From an uncultured Gammaproteobacteria bacterium (GTDB lineage: Bacteria > Pseudomonadota > Gammaproteobacteria > Magnimaribacterales > D2472), in contig CAZTGS010000004.1 of assembly GCA_964613455.1 (NCBI GenBank), positions 122 through 64,121 of the forward strand: 64,000 nt of DNA, given 5' to 3'. Every line of letters starts with the position of its first letter. The stretch's first letter is position 1. Shown in pieces: positions 1 to 8,998 of this stretch. The position numbers and the translations under genes were made by a program. The notes under the pieces were generated by a model. It had not been told where the DNA came from. It ran no database searches and saw only the letters and a list, made by a program, of their open reading frames with translations.

Positions 1-35
1 TGTTGAAGCAAAACTACCACCTCATAACTAAGTCT

Positions 36-1139
36 TTATATTTCCAGTCTTAATTCTGTTGAAGAGATGTCATCTCTGAAACTTCCCTCTTCAAAACCTG
101 TACACCTTTTTCTTATGCTGTCTGGTATAGCTATATCTTTTAGCGATATAAATGAATTATCTACCTTTCTTCCAAAGACAAGAAAATTGATGTTGTGATC
201 ATTAAATCTTTCTATATGATCGAGCATATCCTTTTTGTTTAAATAAAATTTTTCATCAAAAACTCTCACAAGAGTGTCGGCTCCAATTATAAAGACGCTA
301 TTTGGGAACATTTCAGCCTTTTCACTAAATCTTCCAGCAGAGGTCATAACCCAACTGTCATTATCAGTAAATTGATCAAGGGTTCTTTTGATTTCATGGA
401 ATGTAAGTGGTGGCTTATCAGCATTTCTTGCGCATATTTCAAAAGTTGCTCGCATTCCAGTCTTTTTCTCTGCTAACTCACGCATTTTCATATGGCCTTC
501 ATGAAGTGGATTAAATGAACCGGGAAATATTAATTCTGGAGTAGCTCTATCATTGGAAATATAGTTTACTTTATTATTAAGAAGGTTTTTCCATGACTTC
601 TCAGCCTTTGTTGTTAATAAAATAACTTCTTCATCATGATGTGGATTATTTTTCTCAATACCACAACATTCAGCAAGCAAGCTTAAAACGTATTCAGTTA
701 TAAGCTCTTCCTCTTGTTCTCTTGTTCTAGATCCTTTACTTAAAATACATTCAATCGACTTTGTATAGGATTCAGTCTGAACTGCGATATAAAACTTATG
801 ATCACCAATTTTGGTATATGTTGTGGCAAGACTAGCAGTTACTGAAACTCCTATTAAATACTTTGTTTCATAACTTGAATCTATCTGCATACATTTCTTA
901 TAAGCATTAGCTGCCATGCTTAAGCAGGTCCCTAATGAGCAGTAATGATCAGGCTTTCTATTTAGAAACAAATCCATAGATTTTTTAGAATAGGGTATGT
1001 AAGACTCAAGGATCGTATTACTGGCACCAGGAACCTTCAATAATGAAGAAATAGCATTAGTCCCACCACCACTTGATACAAAGGTAATTTTATATTTAGA
1101 TTCGTGTATTTTACGAATTAGCTTAGAGTTATCTTCCAA
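36..1139 (-). CDS. CinA/PncC-like N-terminal domain fused to NadD-like nucleotidyltransferase domain
   Basis: N-term FVSSGGGT..LLKVPGASNT..Y resembles the CinA C-terminal (PncC) fold; C-term IFPGSFNPLHEGH (HIGH-type motif), IGADT and ISSTELR are typical of NadD/cytidylyltransferases. Confidence 0.7.
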   Translation of the reverse strand: MEDNSKLIRKIHESKYKITFVSSGGGTNAISSLLKVPGASNTILESYIPYSKKSMDLFLNRKPDHYCSLGTCLSMAANAYKKCMQIDSSYETKYLIGVSVTASLATTYTKIGDHKFYIAVQTESYTKSIECILSKGSRTREQEEELITEYVLSLLAECCGIEKNNPHHDEEVILLTTKAEKSWKNLLNNKVNYISNDRATPELIFPGSFNPLHEGHMKMRELAEKKTGMRATFEICARNADKPPLTFHEIKRTLDQFTDNDSWVMTSAGRFSEKAEMFPNSVFIIGADTLVRVFDEKFYLNKKDMLDHIERFNDHNINFLVFGRKVDNSFISLKDIAIPDSIRKRCTGFEEGSFRDDISSTELRLEI

Positions 1140-1209
1140 TTTATATATATTGTTTTTGATTTTTTGTATTTTAACCCATTAACTAAATTTCATTGTTAGA
1201 ATATAAAAA

Positions 1210-2067
1210 ATGATACATAAAAAATTATATTTATTCATGCTCTTGATTCTTTCTTCACAGTTAGTAAAAGCTACCGATATTAAAACTACTACTTTTGCTT
1301 TTTGGGACAAACCAGATATTGAACTCTTATATGTGCTCCCTAAAGAGATAAATTCAGAAACCAAGGTTTTATTTATTATTCATGGTGCCAGTAGAGATGC
1401 AGAAGGCTATTTAAAATTATGGATAGAACCATCTAAGGATAAAAATGTTATTTTAGTGGCACCAAGTTTCACTAAAAAACAATTTCGTTATTATAGTACA
1501 TTGGGAATTTCTTCCTCTTCTGGAAAGCCTAGAGATAAAAGCGAATGGCTGACTGATTCAATTGGATCTTTTTTTACTTATTTCAAGTCTAAATATAATT
1601 TGCAATATGATAAGTATCTTATATATGGTTATTCTGGCGGCTCACAATTTGTTCATAGATATCTTATGTACGGAAAAGACTGGTCAATAGAAAAAGCAGC
1701 AATTGGTAGTGCGGGATGGTATACATTCTTGAATAATAAACCCTTCCCTTATGGACTAAAAGATATGACCATATCTCCAGGAAGGATTGAATGGCTCATG
1801 TCTAGGAAAGTTCTTTTTATTCTAAGTGATGAGGACAATGATAGAAATCATTCAAGTCTCAATACCACTCCAGGCTCTATGCAGCAGGGAGATAATAGAT
1901 TTGTTAGAGGAACAAGGTATTTCTCAAGTTTAATTAATATTGGAGAAAAATTTAAAACTCCTTTTAGGTGGCAGCTAAAAATTGTAAAAGGGGTCGCTCA
2001 CGATAAAGATGAAATATCTATAGAGGCAATGCCTTTTATGCTATCTGGGCTTGAATATAAAAATTAG
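1210..2067 (+). CDS. secreted alpha/beta hydrolase (esterase/peptidase; PahZ1/PHB-depolymerase-like)
   Basis: Sec-type signal peptide; HG oxyanion motif (IIHGAS); GYSGG nucleophile elbow; AGWYT; C-terminal VAHD His. Confidence 0.7.
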   Translation: MIHKKLYLFMLLILSSQLVKATDIKTTTFAFWDKPDIELLYVLPKEINSETKVLFIIHGASRDAEGYLKLWIEPSKDKNVILVAPSFTKKQFRYYSTLGISSSSGKPRDKSEWLTDSIGSFFTYFKSKYNLQYDKYLIYGYSGGSQFVHRYLMYGKDWSIEKAAIGSAGWYTFLNNKPFPYGLKDMTISPGRIEWLMSRKVLFILSDEDNDRNHSSLNTTPGSMQQGDNRFVRGTRYFSSLINIGEKFKTPFRWQLKIVKGVAHDKDEISIEAMPFMLSGLEYKN

Positions 2068-3560
2068 TTAGTATTTTCTTTAATAAAATCCGAAGCTTTA
2101 TCAAAAATTATTCTTTTTCTTTCCTTGTCTAATTTAGCCAAAGCTCTAGGCATTAGCGAGAGCCTAGGGTTTTTATCAAAGAACTTTATATTTCTTTCAA
2201 TAAAGCTCCAGTACAAACCATCGACAACATCGCACCACTCTCCCTTTTTATAATTTGACATTCTCAGCATGTAACTAGACCCACAAATGTATGGTTTTGT
2301 TGAAAAAATTCCACCGTCTGAGTAAGTTCCCATTCCATAAACATTTGGCACCATTACCCATTCAGCTGAGTCGATATACATTTCCATAAACCATTTATAT
2401 ATTTCGTTAGGGTGAATGCCTGATAAATTCATCAAATTTGATATTACCATCAACCTATTAATATGATGAGTATAGCCATAATCAATTGATTCTTTAATGG
2501 CATCATCTAGTGGAGGTATTCCTGTAGTTCCCTCATACCAACTATCTGAAAGAGATCTGCCGTGTGACCAGTAATTAAGATCTTTGTATTGAGGCATATT
2601 ATCCCAGTAAACACCCATAATGAACTCTCTCCAGCCCAGTACTTGTCTTATAAAGCCTTCAACACAATTTAATGGTATCTTTCCATTAGATTCATCATAT
2701 TTCTTTTCAGCAGCCTCAATACATTGAAGCGGATCAAGCAATCCAGCATTAAAATAGGGAGACAGCAGAGAATGGAACATAAATGAGTTATCTTTGTTTA
2801 TCGCATCTTGAAAGTTACCAAAATTAGGTAAAAATCTTTCTAGAAAATCAAGAAATGCTACCCATGCATCATCATGAGTTACACACCAATTAAAATTTTC
2901 TAAATTCCCAACCGATGAGGAGAATACATCTTCTATTTCTATCATTACTTCAATTGTAAGTTCATCAGACTTAGTTTTTTTTCTTTTAGGTATATCAATT
3001 TTTAATTTCGATACACCTTGTCTATTATCTTTATCAAAGTTCCACTTATCTCCAACAGGCTTCATATCCTCAGTCATGAGAATATTAGTCTTCTTTCTTA
3101 ACCATCTGTAATAAAATTCTTGAATAATGGACTTTTTACCTTCCTTCCATATATCAAAATCTTTGCTTGTGGTTATAAATTTTTTATCCTCAAGCACTTT
3201 TAAATCAATTTGATGCGATTGACAAAAGAACATCAAATCTCTCAGACACTTAAAGTCTGAAGGTTTAGAAACAAAAAGAGTGGAAAAGGGGATCTCTGCA
3301 TATAATTCTTTAAGATAATTTTCCATTTTCATGGAATAATTTTTTTCTATTTTTTTATGAAGAATCTTCTCGTGACTAATTTTTTTAATAAAATGTCTAA
3401 ACGAGCTAATTAAAAACACTAACTTATGTTTATGATGGGGAATGTCATAAAATGTATCTAATGGCTCATAAAATAGTAAGGTATCATCCTTCTCCATGTG
3501 ATCTAAAACCGGATTAGTTAAGGATAGTTGATCTGGAAATATTATTCCTAGTGATTTCAT
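2064..3560 (-). CDS. phrB: cryptochrome/photolyase family protein, prokaryotic (6-4) photolyase (PhrB/CryB) clade, lacking Fe-S cysteines
   Basis: N-term IFPDQL; FMFHSLLSPYFNAGLL; GWREF; HHINRLM; YIDSAEWVMVPN; KPY..S.Y..RMS.Y; LYW.F. Confidence 0.85.
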   Translation of the reverse strand: MKSLGIIFPDQLSLTNPVLDHMEKDDTLLFYEPLDTFYDIPHHKHKLVFLISSFRHFIKKISHEKILHKKIEKNYSMKMENYLKELYAEIPFSTLFVSKPSDFKCLRDLMFFCQSHQIDLKVLEDKKFITTSKDFDIWKEGKKSIIQEFYYRWLRKKTNILMTEDMKPVGDKWNFDKDNRQGVSKLKIDIPKRKKTKSDELTIEVMIEIEDVFSSSVGNLENFNWCVTHDDAWVAFLDFLERFLPNFGNFQDAINKDNSFMFHSLLSPYFNAGLLDPLQCIEAAEKKYDESNGKIPLNCVEGFIRQVLGWREFIMGVYWDNMPQYKDLNYWSHGRSLSDSWYEGTTGIPPLDDAIKESIDYGYTHHINRLMVISNLMNLSGIHPNEIYKWFMEMYIDSAEWVMVPNVYGMGTYSDGGIFSTKPYICGSSYMLRMSNYKKGEWCDVVDGLYWSFIERNIKFFDKNPRLSLMPRALAKLDKERKRIIFDKASDFIKENTN

Positions 3561-3581
3561 ATTATTGTTAATATATACCTC

Positions 3582-4577
3582 TTATAGACTTATAACACTT
3601 CTGTTGATTATTTTTCCCTTTATATCTTTGAGACTGACTGTAATAGTTCTTTTATCACTATTTATCGTTATAGTCCCATAATTTTCTTTATCAAAAGTAT
3701 CTCCTATCATCAGAGGATCTGTTTCTTTTGGTTGAATTGCTAGTTTCAGTGGTGCAATGGGCTTATTCAAAGAAGATGAAGTTATTTCATATAAATTATC
3801 TTTTTTATATAAAGCTCCTTTATGCCTATCTCCCGATACGATTAGTAGTGGTGTTTCAAGTTTGTCTATAATAGCCATTAACCTTTCTCTTTCTTTTGGA
3901 AATAGCTCCCACTTTTCGTATCCATGGCTTGTTGCTAGTATTTGAATTGACGAAACCAGCATAATTGCATCGGCTTTCTTAGTAATCGTATCCTCCAGCC
4001 ATTGCCATTGATCTGATCCTAAAATAGTCGCTTTATTAGAATTATCTTTTTCAAAAGAGGGATAAGGCCCTTTTAAATCTATCAAATCAGACCTAAAGTA
4101 TCTGGTATCAAGCATAATAAGATGAATACTCAGACCTTCGACCTCTATCATTCTATTAAAATAAATACCTTCCTGTTTTCGTCTTTGATCATTGACCGGG
4201 ACTTTCCAAAAATCTAAATATATTTTTTGTGATTCTTTTTTGTATATATAAGAGCCTCCACCATCATTTGATCCGTAATCATGATCATCCCAAGTTGGAT
4301 GAATAGTGATTTTATCAAGCCATTTAGGTAGGACTTCTTTTTGTTCCTGATAGGCATCGATTACAGTATCAAGTTTCCCTGAGGGCTGATCACCATAAAC
4401 GTTATCGCCTAAAAAAATGAAGGAATCAATATCATCATCTTTTATAGCAGACCAAATCGGTTGAGGGATTCTTTGATCGAGACATGAACCAAAGCCAATT
4501 TTATATTCATTTGCAGAAATAATATCTGTAGAAGACATTAATATTAAAAATAAAGCACTGTGAGTATATAATTTCAT
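3582..4577 (-). CDS. phoD: PhoD-like alkaline phosphatase/phosphodiesterase
   Basis: FGSC, GDNVYGD, WDDHD, LDTRYFR, LGSDQWQWL, SGDRH metal-binding motifs; start moved to ATG 4577 (MKLYTHSALF signal peptide) because the longer ORF overlaps the divergent gene. Confidence 0.85.
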   Translation of the reverse strand: MKLYTHSALFLILMSSTDIISANEYKIGFGSCLDQRIPQPIWSAIKDDDIDSFIFLGDNVYGDQPSGKLDTVIDAYQEQKEVLPKWLDKITIHPTWDDHDYGSNDGGGSYIYKKESQKIYLDFWKVPVNDQRRKQEGIYFNRMIEVEGLSIHLIMLDTRYFRSDLIDLKGPYPSFEKDNSNKATILGSDQWQWLEDTITKKADAIMLVSSIQILATSHGYEKWELFPKERERLMAIIDKLETPLLIVSGDRHKGALYKKDNLYEITSSSLNKPIAPLKLAIQPKETDPLMIGDTFDKENYGTITINSDKRTITVSLKDIKGKIINRSVISL

Positions 4578-4609
4578 TACTTTATTATAACTAAACCAAA
4601 AATAAATAA

Positions 4610-5344
4610 ATGCACAAAAATATCTTTTTTCTGACAGTTTTATTTCTAATAACTTCGTGTTCACAAAATAATTCACAAAGTGAGGAGTCACTCAGCTCTC
4701 TAATCAAACCTAGTTTTACTTACAAACAAGATTTTTTTAATTGCGCACTTAACGATACTTCATCGCTTATAACTCTTGAATCCTTCTTATCGGATGTTAT
4801 TCAAAAATCCTCAAAGACAGACTTATTAAAGCTTCAAATCTCTATTCTTTTTCCAGAAAATGTCGAAAAAGTTAAGGATTTTATTATTTCTTTTAAATCG
4901 CTTTCAGATCATCTTGCAACTTTAGAATTAGTTAATCTTATTAAAGAAATGGGCATGGAAGAAATCGCATTATGTAATTTTGCTATATACCAAAGGAGGG
5001 CTTTAGATTTTATAAGTTATGAAAATCTAAATCGAAATGATTTTTCTTATGTTGAAATATTAAGATGCAAATATAATGAAAACTATAACTTCGGCACTTT
5101 TAAAATAGCAATTGATCGATTTACCAATCAAATTAATTCTTTAGATTTAGCTTATTCTCTATCCTATATTAATAGTGCTGCTGACAATAACTTTATTTGG
5201 ATTAATGAATTTTATGACAAAGACTATCAAAATGTATTTTTAGAAAGATGGGTAAATATTAAAGATGCAACAGAAATCAAGAATGAATTTATTGAAAATG
5301 CATCCTGTTTGGATTCAAGATCTTATAAAAAGTATATCCTTTGA
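4610..5344 (+). CDS. hypothetical lipoprotein (two-repeat alpha/beta family, related to 5496-6215)
   Basis: lipobox LITSC; CKYNE and NFIWINEF motifs resemble those of the downstream lipoprotein. Confidence 0.6.
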   Translation: MHKNIFFLTVLFLITSCSQNNSQSEESLSSLIKPSFTYKQDFFNCALNDTSSLITLESFLSDVIQKSSKTDLLKLQISILFPENVEKVKDFIISFKSLSDHLATLELVNLIKEMGMEEIALCNFAIYQRRALDFISYENLNRNDFSYVEILRCKYNENYNFGTFKIAIDRFTNQINSLDLAYSLSYINSAADNNFIWINEFYDKDYQNVFLERWVNIKDATEIKNEFIENASCLDSRSYKKYIL

Positions 5345-5367
5345 AAGTTTTTTAGCTTTTTAAATAC

Positions 5368-5394
5368 AAAAGGGAGCATTTAGCTCCCTTTTTT
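5368..5394 (+). terminator. intrinsic terminator after lipoprotein gene
   Basis: AAAAGGGAGC-ATTTA-GCTCCCTTTTTT stem-loop with T tract. Confidence 0.8.
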
Positions 5395-5415
5395 ACTATA
5401 ATCATTTTCTTATTA

Positions 5416-5490
5416 GCGGGTATCGTATAATGGCTATTATAAGAGGTTTCCAACCTTTTGATGAGAGTTCGATCCTCTCTACCCGCTCCA
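5416..5490 (+). tRNA. tRNA-Gly (anticodon TCC)
   Basis: GCGGGTA acceptor stem pairs with TACCCGC; D-loop TATAATGGCTATTA; anticodon arm AGAGG-TTTCCAA-CCTTT; T-loop GTTCGATCC; encoded CCA. Confidence 0.95.
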
Positions 5491-5495
5491 ATTAT

Positions 5496-6215
5496 TTATC
5501 TGATAACTGTTCCATTAAAATCAGCCGTATTACAAGTGAACATTTCTAAATACATATTTGCATATTCACTATCCATAAATTTTCTTAATGCTATTTCTTT
5601 ATCTGTATCATCAGCCCATAAGTCGAGCCATACAAAATCTGGCTTTGGATCAGGATTAAATGTTGGGTTTAAGAGAACATTCCAATAGGTATCTGTCCAT
5701 AAGTTTGAATCAACTGCATCTTTGAAACTTTCTAATGACTCATCACCAAAACCTTCGTTATATGCACAAAAATGAAATCTATTTGAAAAAGATCCTGTAT
5801 TATTTTCAATTTTTGGAGAAGACATATTGCTAACCTCAAACGCATAAGCATTTACTGGATCAAAACTCATTATTCCATCAATGGATTTATCCCAGCCAGT
5901 CGAAGCATTATTCGTCCACCAATCCCATCCTGCATCTCTGGCAGCCATAGAAGGCCATCTCATTACCCAAATAAAATCATAACCATCATTAGCAACTTGA
6001 GGAGTTAAGATATTAGCTCCATTCATTTCCATACCCGAGCTAGTTATTATGTCATTCCACTCAATTATTAATTTAGCGAGGTTTTTAGAATTAAAGTCAG
6101 GGCCGGCTGAATGCCAAACATACTCAATAACTGGAACAGATGGTTCCTCACTGTTTGATTGTGAGCAAGATGCAACAAAAAAAATTGCAATAAAAGACAA
6201 AATTAGATTTTTCAT
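5496..6215 (-). CDS. hypothetical lipoprotein with internal two-fold repeat
   Basis: lipobox VASC; repeated motifs YDFIWVMRWPS / PDFVWLDLWAD. Confidence 0.65.
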   Translation of the reverse strand: MKNLILSFIAIFFVASCSQSNSEEPSVPVIEYVWHSAGPDFNSKNLAKLIIEWNDIITSSGMEMNGANILTPQVANDGYDFIWVMRWPSMAARDAGWDWWTNNASTGWDKSIDGIMSFDPVNAYAFEVSNMSSPKIENNTGSFSNRFHFCAYNEGFGDESLESFKDAVDSNLWTDTYWNVLLNPTFNPDPKPDFVWLDLWADDTDKEIALRKFMDSEYANMYLEMFTCNTADFNGTVIR

Positions 6216-6279
6216 GTATATATTTAATTAATTAATACTTAAGAGTATACATTTTTTTTTATAATTATTAATACCTTAC

Positions 6280-6309
6280 AAAAAAAAGCAGGCATTTAAG
6301 CCTGCTTTT
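6280..6309 (-). terminator. intrinsic (possibly bidirectional) terminator downstream of pilD
   Basis: AAAAGCAGGC-ATTTAA-GCCTGCTTTT preceded by an A run (U tract on the minus strand). Confidence 0.75.
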
Positions 6310-6355
6310 AAAGACCCAGGGGATATGAATTAAGAGGACATTCTAAGGTCTATAC

Positions 6356-7177
6356 TTATATGACAGCCGAAAGAAAAGAAAGTTCAAAAAAATTAAATAA
6401 ACTGTAAATAAAAAAACCTAAAATAATACCTGAACCCAAAGGTATTTCTTCAGAATATTTTTTTGAATTTATTACAGGAAGTAAAATAAGACATATAGAA
6501 CCAATTAATATCACTGGAGCTAAAGCCAAAGGACCTATAATCGAACCTATTCCTGCAAATAAAATAAAATCTCCGCCTCCAATTCCATCTTTGCCCCTAA
6601 TTAATTTATATATAAAATTTATTAGCCAAAGAGTTGAATAGCCAATAAATAAACCTATTAACGAAATTAATAAAGGTGACATTTTAAAAGAAAGATATAT
6701 GGAAGGAATATAGAGACCAAAATACCCATTTGAAATCACTCCTATTAAGCACACTAGAATATTAAGATAGAAAGGTAAATAAAAGTGTTTTATATCTAAA
6801 ATAAAAAGAGCATAGAGAATAAAAAATAAAGAATAATTAACAAAGAATATTAATGAAAAATTTAAATAGCTAAAAAGTATTATGCCAACAAGTAAATGAA
6901 TGATCTCATTAACTGGGTAATATGATGAAATGGCATTATTACAATTTCGACATTTGCCCATCTGTATTAAGTATCCAAATAAAGGAATTAAATCTATTAA
7001 CCTTATATTTTGTTTACATTTAATGCAGTGAGATCTTGGTAAAAATAAATTTATTCGATCCTGATTATCTTTTATCATTAAAGGAAGTCTATAAATTAAA
7101 ACTGAAGAGAGACTCCCAAAAGAAAGAAGGCCTATTAATAAAATAAAAAAATAAATGTTGTCAGTCGTTGGAAGCAA
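6356..7177 (-). CDS. pilD: prepilin peptidase/N-methyltransferase (A24)
   Basis: PRSHCxxC and KCRNC Zn motifs, GGGD catalytic Asp, IPLG; multiple TM segments. Confidence 0.9.
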   Translation of the reverse strand: MLPTTDNIYFFILLIGLLSFGSLSSVLIYRLPLMIKDNQDRINLFLPRSHCIKCKQNIRLIDLIPLFGYLIQMGKCRNCNNAISSYYPVNEIIHLLVGIILFSYLNFSLIFFVNYSLFFILYALFILDIKHFYLPFYLNILVCLIGVISNGYFGLYIPSIYLSFKMSPLLISLIGLFIGYSTLWLINFIYKLIRGKDGIGGGDFILFAGIGSIIGPLALAPVILIGSICLILLPVINSKKYSEEIPLGSGIILGFFIYSLFNFFELSFLSAVI

Positions 7178-7178
7178 T

Positions 7179-7268
7179 TTATCTTTTTCTAGTTATCCAG
7201 AAACAGAAGAAAAGTAATAATAATGCTGGAACAGCATATGCACCTATAACCATGAGTTTATCAATCAT
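7179..7268 (-). CDS. 29-aa single-TM small protein MIDKLMVIGAYAVPALLLLFFCFWITRKR (not in ORF track)
   Basis: ATG overlaps the ggt stop (ATGA); stop is 1 bp before the pilD start; hydrophobic core with basic C-terminus. Confidence 0.6.
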   Translation of the reverse strand: MIDKLMVIGAYAVPALLLLFFCFWITRKR

Positions 7269-8998
7269 TTTATATCTCCAGAGGCGAAGGCATCAGGCCT
7301 TCTATAATCGCCATATCCATAATATTTATTATCTCTATACATTATTGTTTGTAGACAAGTAGCGGGTTCAATTATTTGTATATTGTAATTTAGATCTAAA
7401 AGTTCAAGTCTAGTTTTTTCAGATAGCCTTGTTTCAATTTGCAAACGATCTGGCTGCCATTGATGATGTATTCTAATAACATTATTAGTTTCTTCAAGGT
7501 CCATATCAAAATCGACAATATTTAAAATTGATTGAAGTACAGCTGATATTATTCTTGATCCACCTGGACTGCCTGTACTAAAGAAAAACTGATCATCTTT
7601 CATTACTATAGTAGGGGTCATAGAGCTCAGGGGTCTTTTGAAAGGCTGAATCTCATTAGCCTTTGAACCCAAGAGACCAAATTGATTTGGAATTCCTGGG
7701 GCTGCAGAGAAGTCATCCATTTCATTATTCATCAAAATGCCTGTGCCTTCGATGACAACACCAGAGCCAAACGTAGAGTTTAAAGTGTATGTCGAGGAAA
7801 CAACGTTCCCATACTTATCAGCTATAGAAAAATGCGTTGTCTCAACACTTTCATTATCAAAACCTTCTCCTGGCTTTATTTTAGAGGATGGAGTTGATTG
7901 ACCAACTTTTATTTTTGAATATATTTTCTTTGCATAATCTTTATCTATTATCCTTGAAATCGGTACTTCATAAAAATCCGGATCACCTAAATACTTTGAT
8001 CTATCTGCATAAGCATATTTCATCGTTTCAGTTAATAGGTTTATATATTTAGAAGAATTATGTTTATATTTTGTTAAATCATGCAATTCAAGGATGTTTA
8101 GCATTTGAACAATATGAATACCACCTGAAGAAGGAGGCCCCATTGTTATTATTTCAACATCCTTATAAGTTGATTTAATTGGATCTCTCCAAACAGGCAT
8201 ATACAATTCAAGATCTTTTTTTGTAATAAGACCACCATTTTCCCTCATATATGTATCAATTTTTGTAGCTACGCTTCCTTTATAAAAGCCATCCCTTCCT
8301 TTTTTTGATATTTCTATTAGCGTTTTTGCTAGATCTTTTTGAACTAAGGTCTTATTTTTAAAATCTGGATAATGTTTTTGGAAAATATTTTTAGTTGAAC
8401 TAAATGCGGATAATTTATTTTTGTACTTAGTTAACATATCTGCGAGATATGGAGTTATCTCAAATCCATTTTCAGCATAAAAAATTGCATCTTTTAATAA
8501 TCTTTCCCATGGCAAAGAGCCAAACCTAGAATGTACTTCCCATAATCCTGCAACTGTTCCAGGCACTCCGCTAGATAAATTTCCAAAAGTTGATAATTGT
8601 TCAGAATTAAAAGAACCATTTTTGTCTAAATACATATCTTTATTTGATGCAGCAGGGGCCTTCTCTCTATAATCAATAGAATATTCCTTGTTCGTCTCTG
8701 AGTCATGCATAACCATAAACCCACCGCCACCAATATTACCAGCTCTTGGTAAGACAACAGCAAGCGTAAAGCTTATAGCAATTGCAGCATCATAAGAATT
8801 CCCACCTTCACTTAAAATATCTTTACCAACTTGTGTTGCTAAGAAATGTTGAGTAGTCACCATGCCCTCAAGGCCTTCAGCTATTTCTTTTTGTGCTGCA
8901 ACGTATGAATTAGGATTTATAGTTCCTATCGGTTGAAAGCTTTGGGAATGAAGATCAAAGCCAATAAAGCTAGCTATAAAAATTAAATATAATCTCAT
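7265..8998 (-). CDS. ggt: gamma-glutamyltransferase
   Basis: signal peptide; GNIGGGGF; autoprocessing site ET-THFS; NNEMDDF; PLSSMTP; GSPGGSRI. Confidence 0.95.
   Translation of the reverse strand: MRLYLIFIASFIGFDLHSQSFQPIGTINPNSYVAAQKEIAEGLEGMVTTQHFLATQVGKDILSEGGNSYDAAIAISFTLAVVLPRAGNIGGGGFMVMHDSETNKEYSIDYREKAPAASNKDMYLDKNGSFNSEQLSTFGNLSSGVPGTVAGLWEVHSRFGSLPWERLLKDAIFYAENGFEITPYLADMLTKYKNKLSAFSSTKNIFQKHYPDFKNKTLVQKDLAKTLIEISKKGRDGFYKGSVATKIDTYMRENGGLITKKDLELYMPVWRDPIKSTYKDVEIITMGPPSSGGIHIVQMLNILELHDLTKYKHNSSKYINLLTETMKYAYADRSKYLGDPDFYEVPISRIIDKDYAKKIYSKIKVGQSTPSSKIKPGEGFDNESVETTHFSIADKYGNVVSSTYTLNSTFGSGVVIEGTGILMNNEMDDFSAAPGIPNQFGLLGSKANEIQPFKRPLSSMTPTIVMKDDQFFFSTGSPGGSRIISAVLQSILNIVDFDMDLEETNNVIRIHHQWQPDRLQIETRLSEKTRLELLDLNYNIQIIEPATCLQTIMYRDNKYYGYGDYRRPDAFASGDIK

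Noticed and set aside
1-35. possible gene or RNA start at the window edge
   Set aside because: too short to assign; no tRNA or ORF signature
5458-5688. 76-aa ORF in the track
   Set aside because: overlaps tRNA-Gly and is antisense to a real lipoprotein gene
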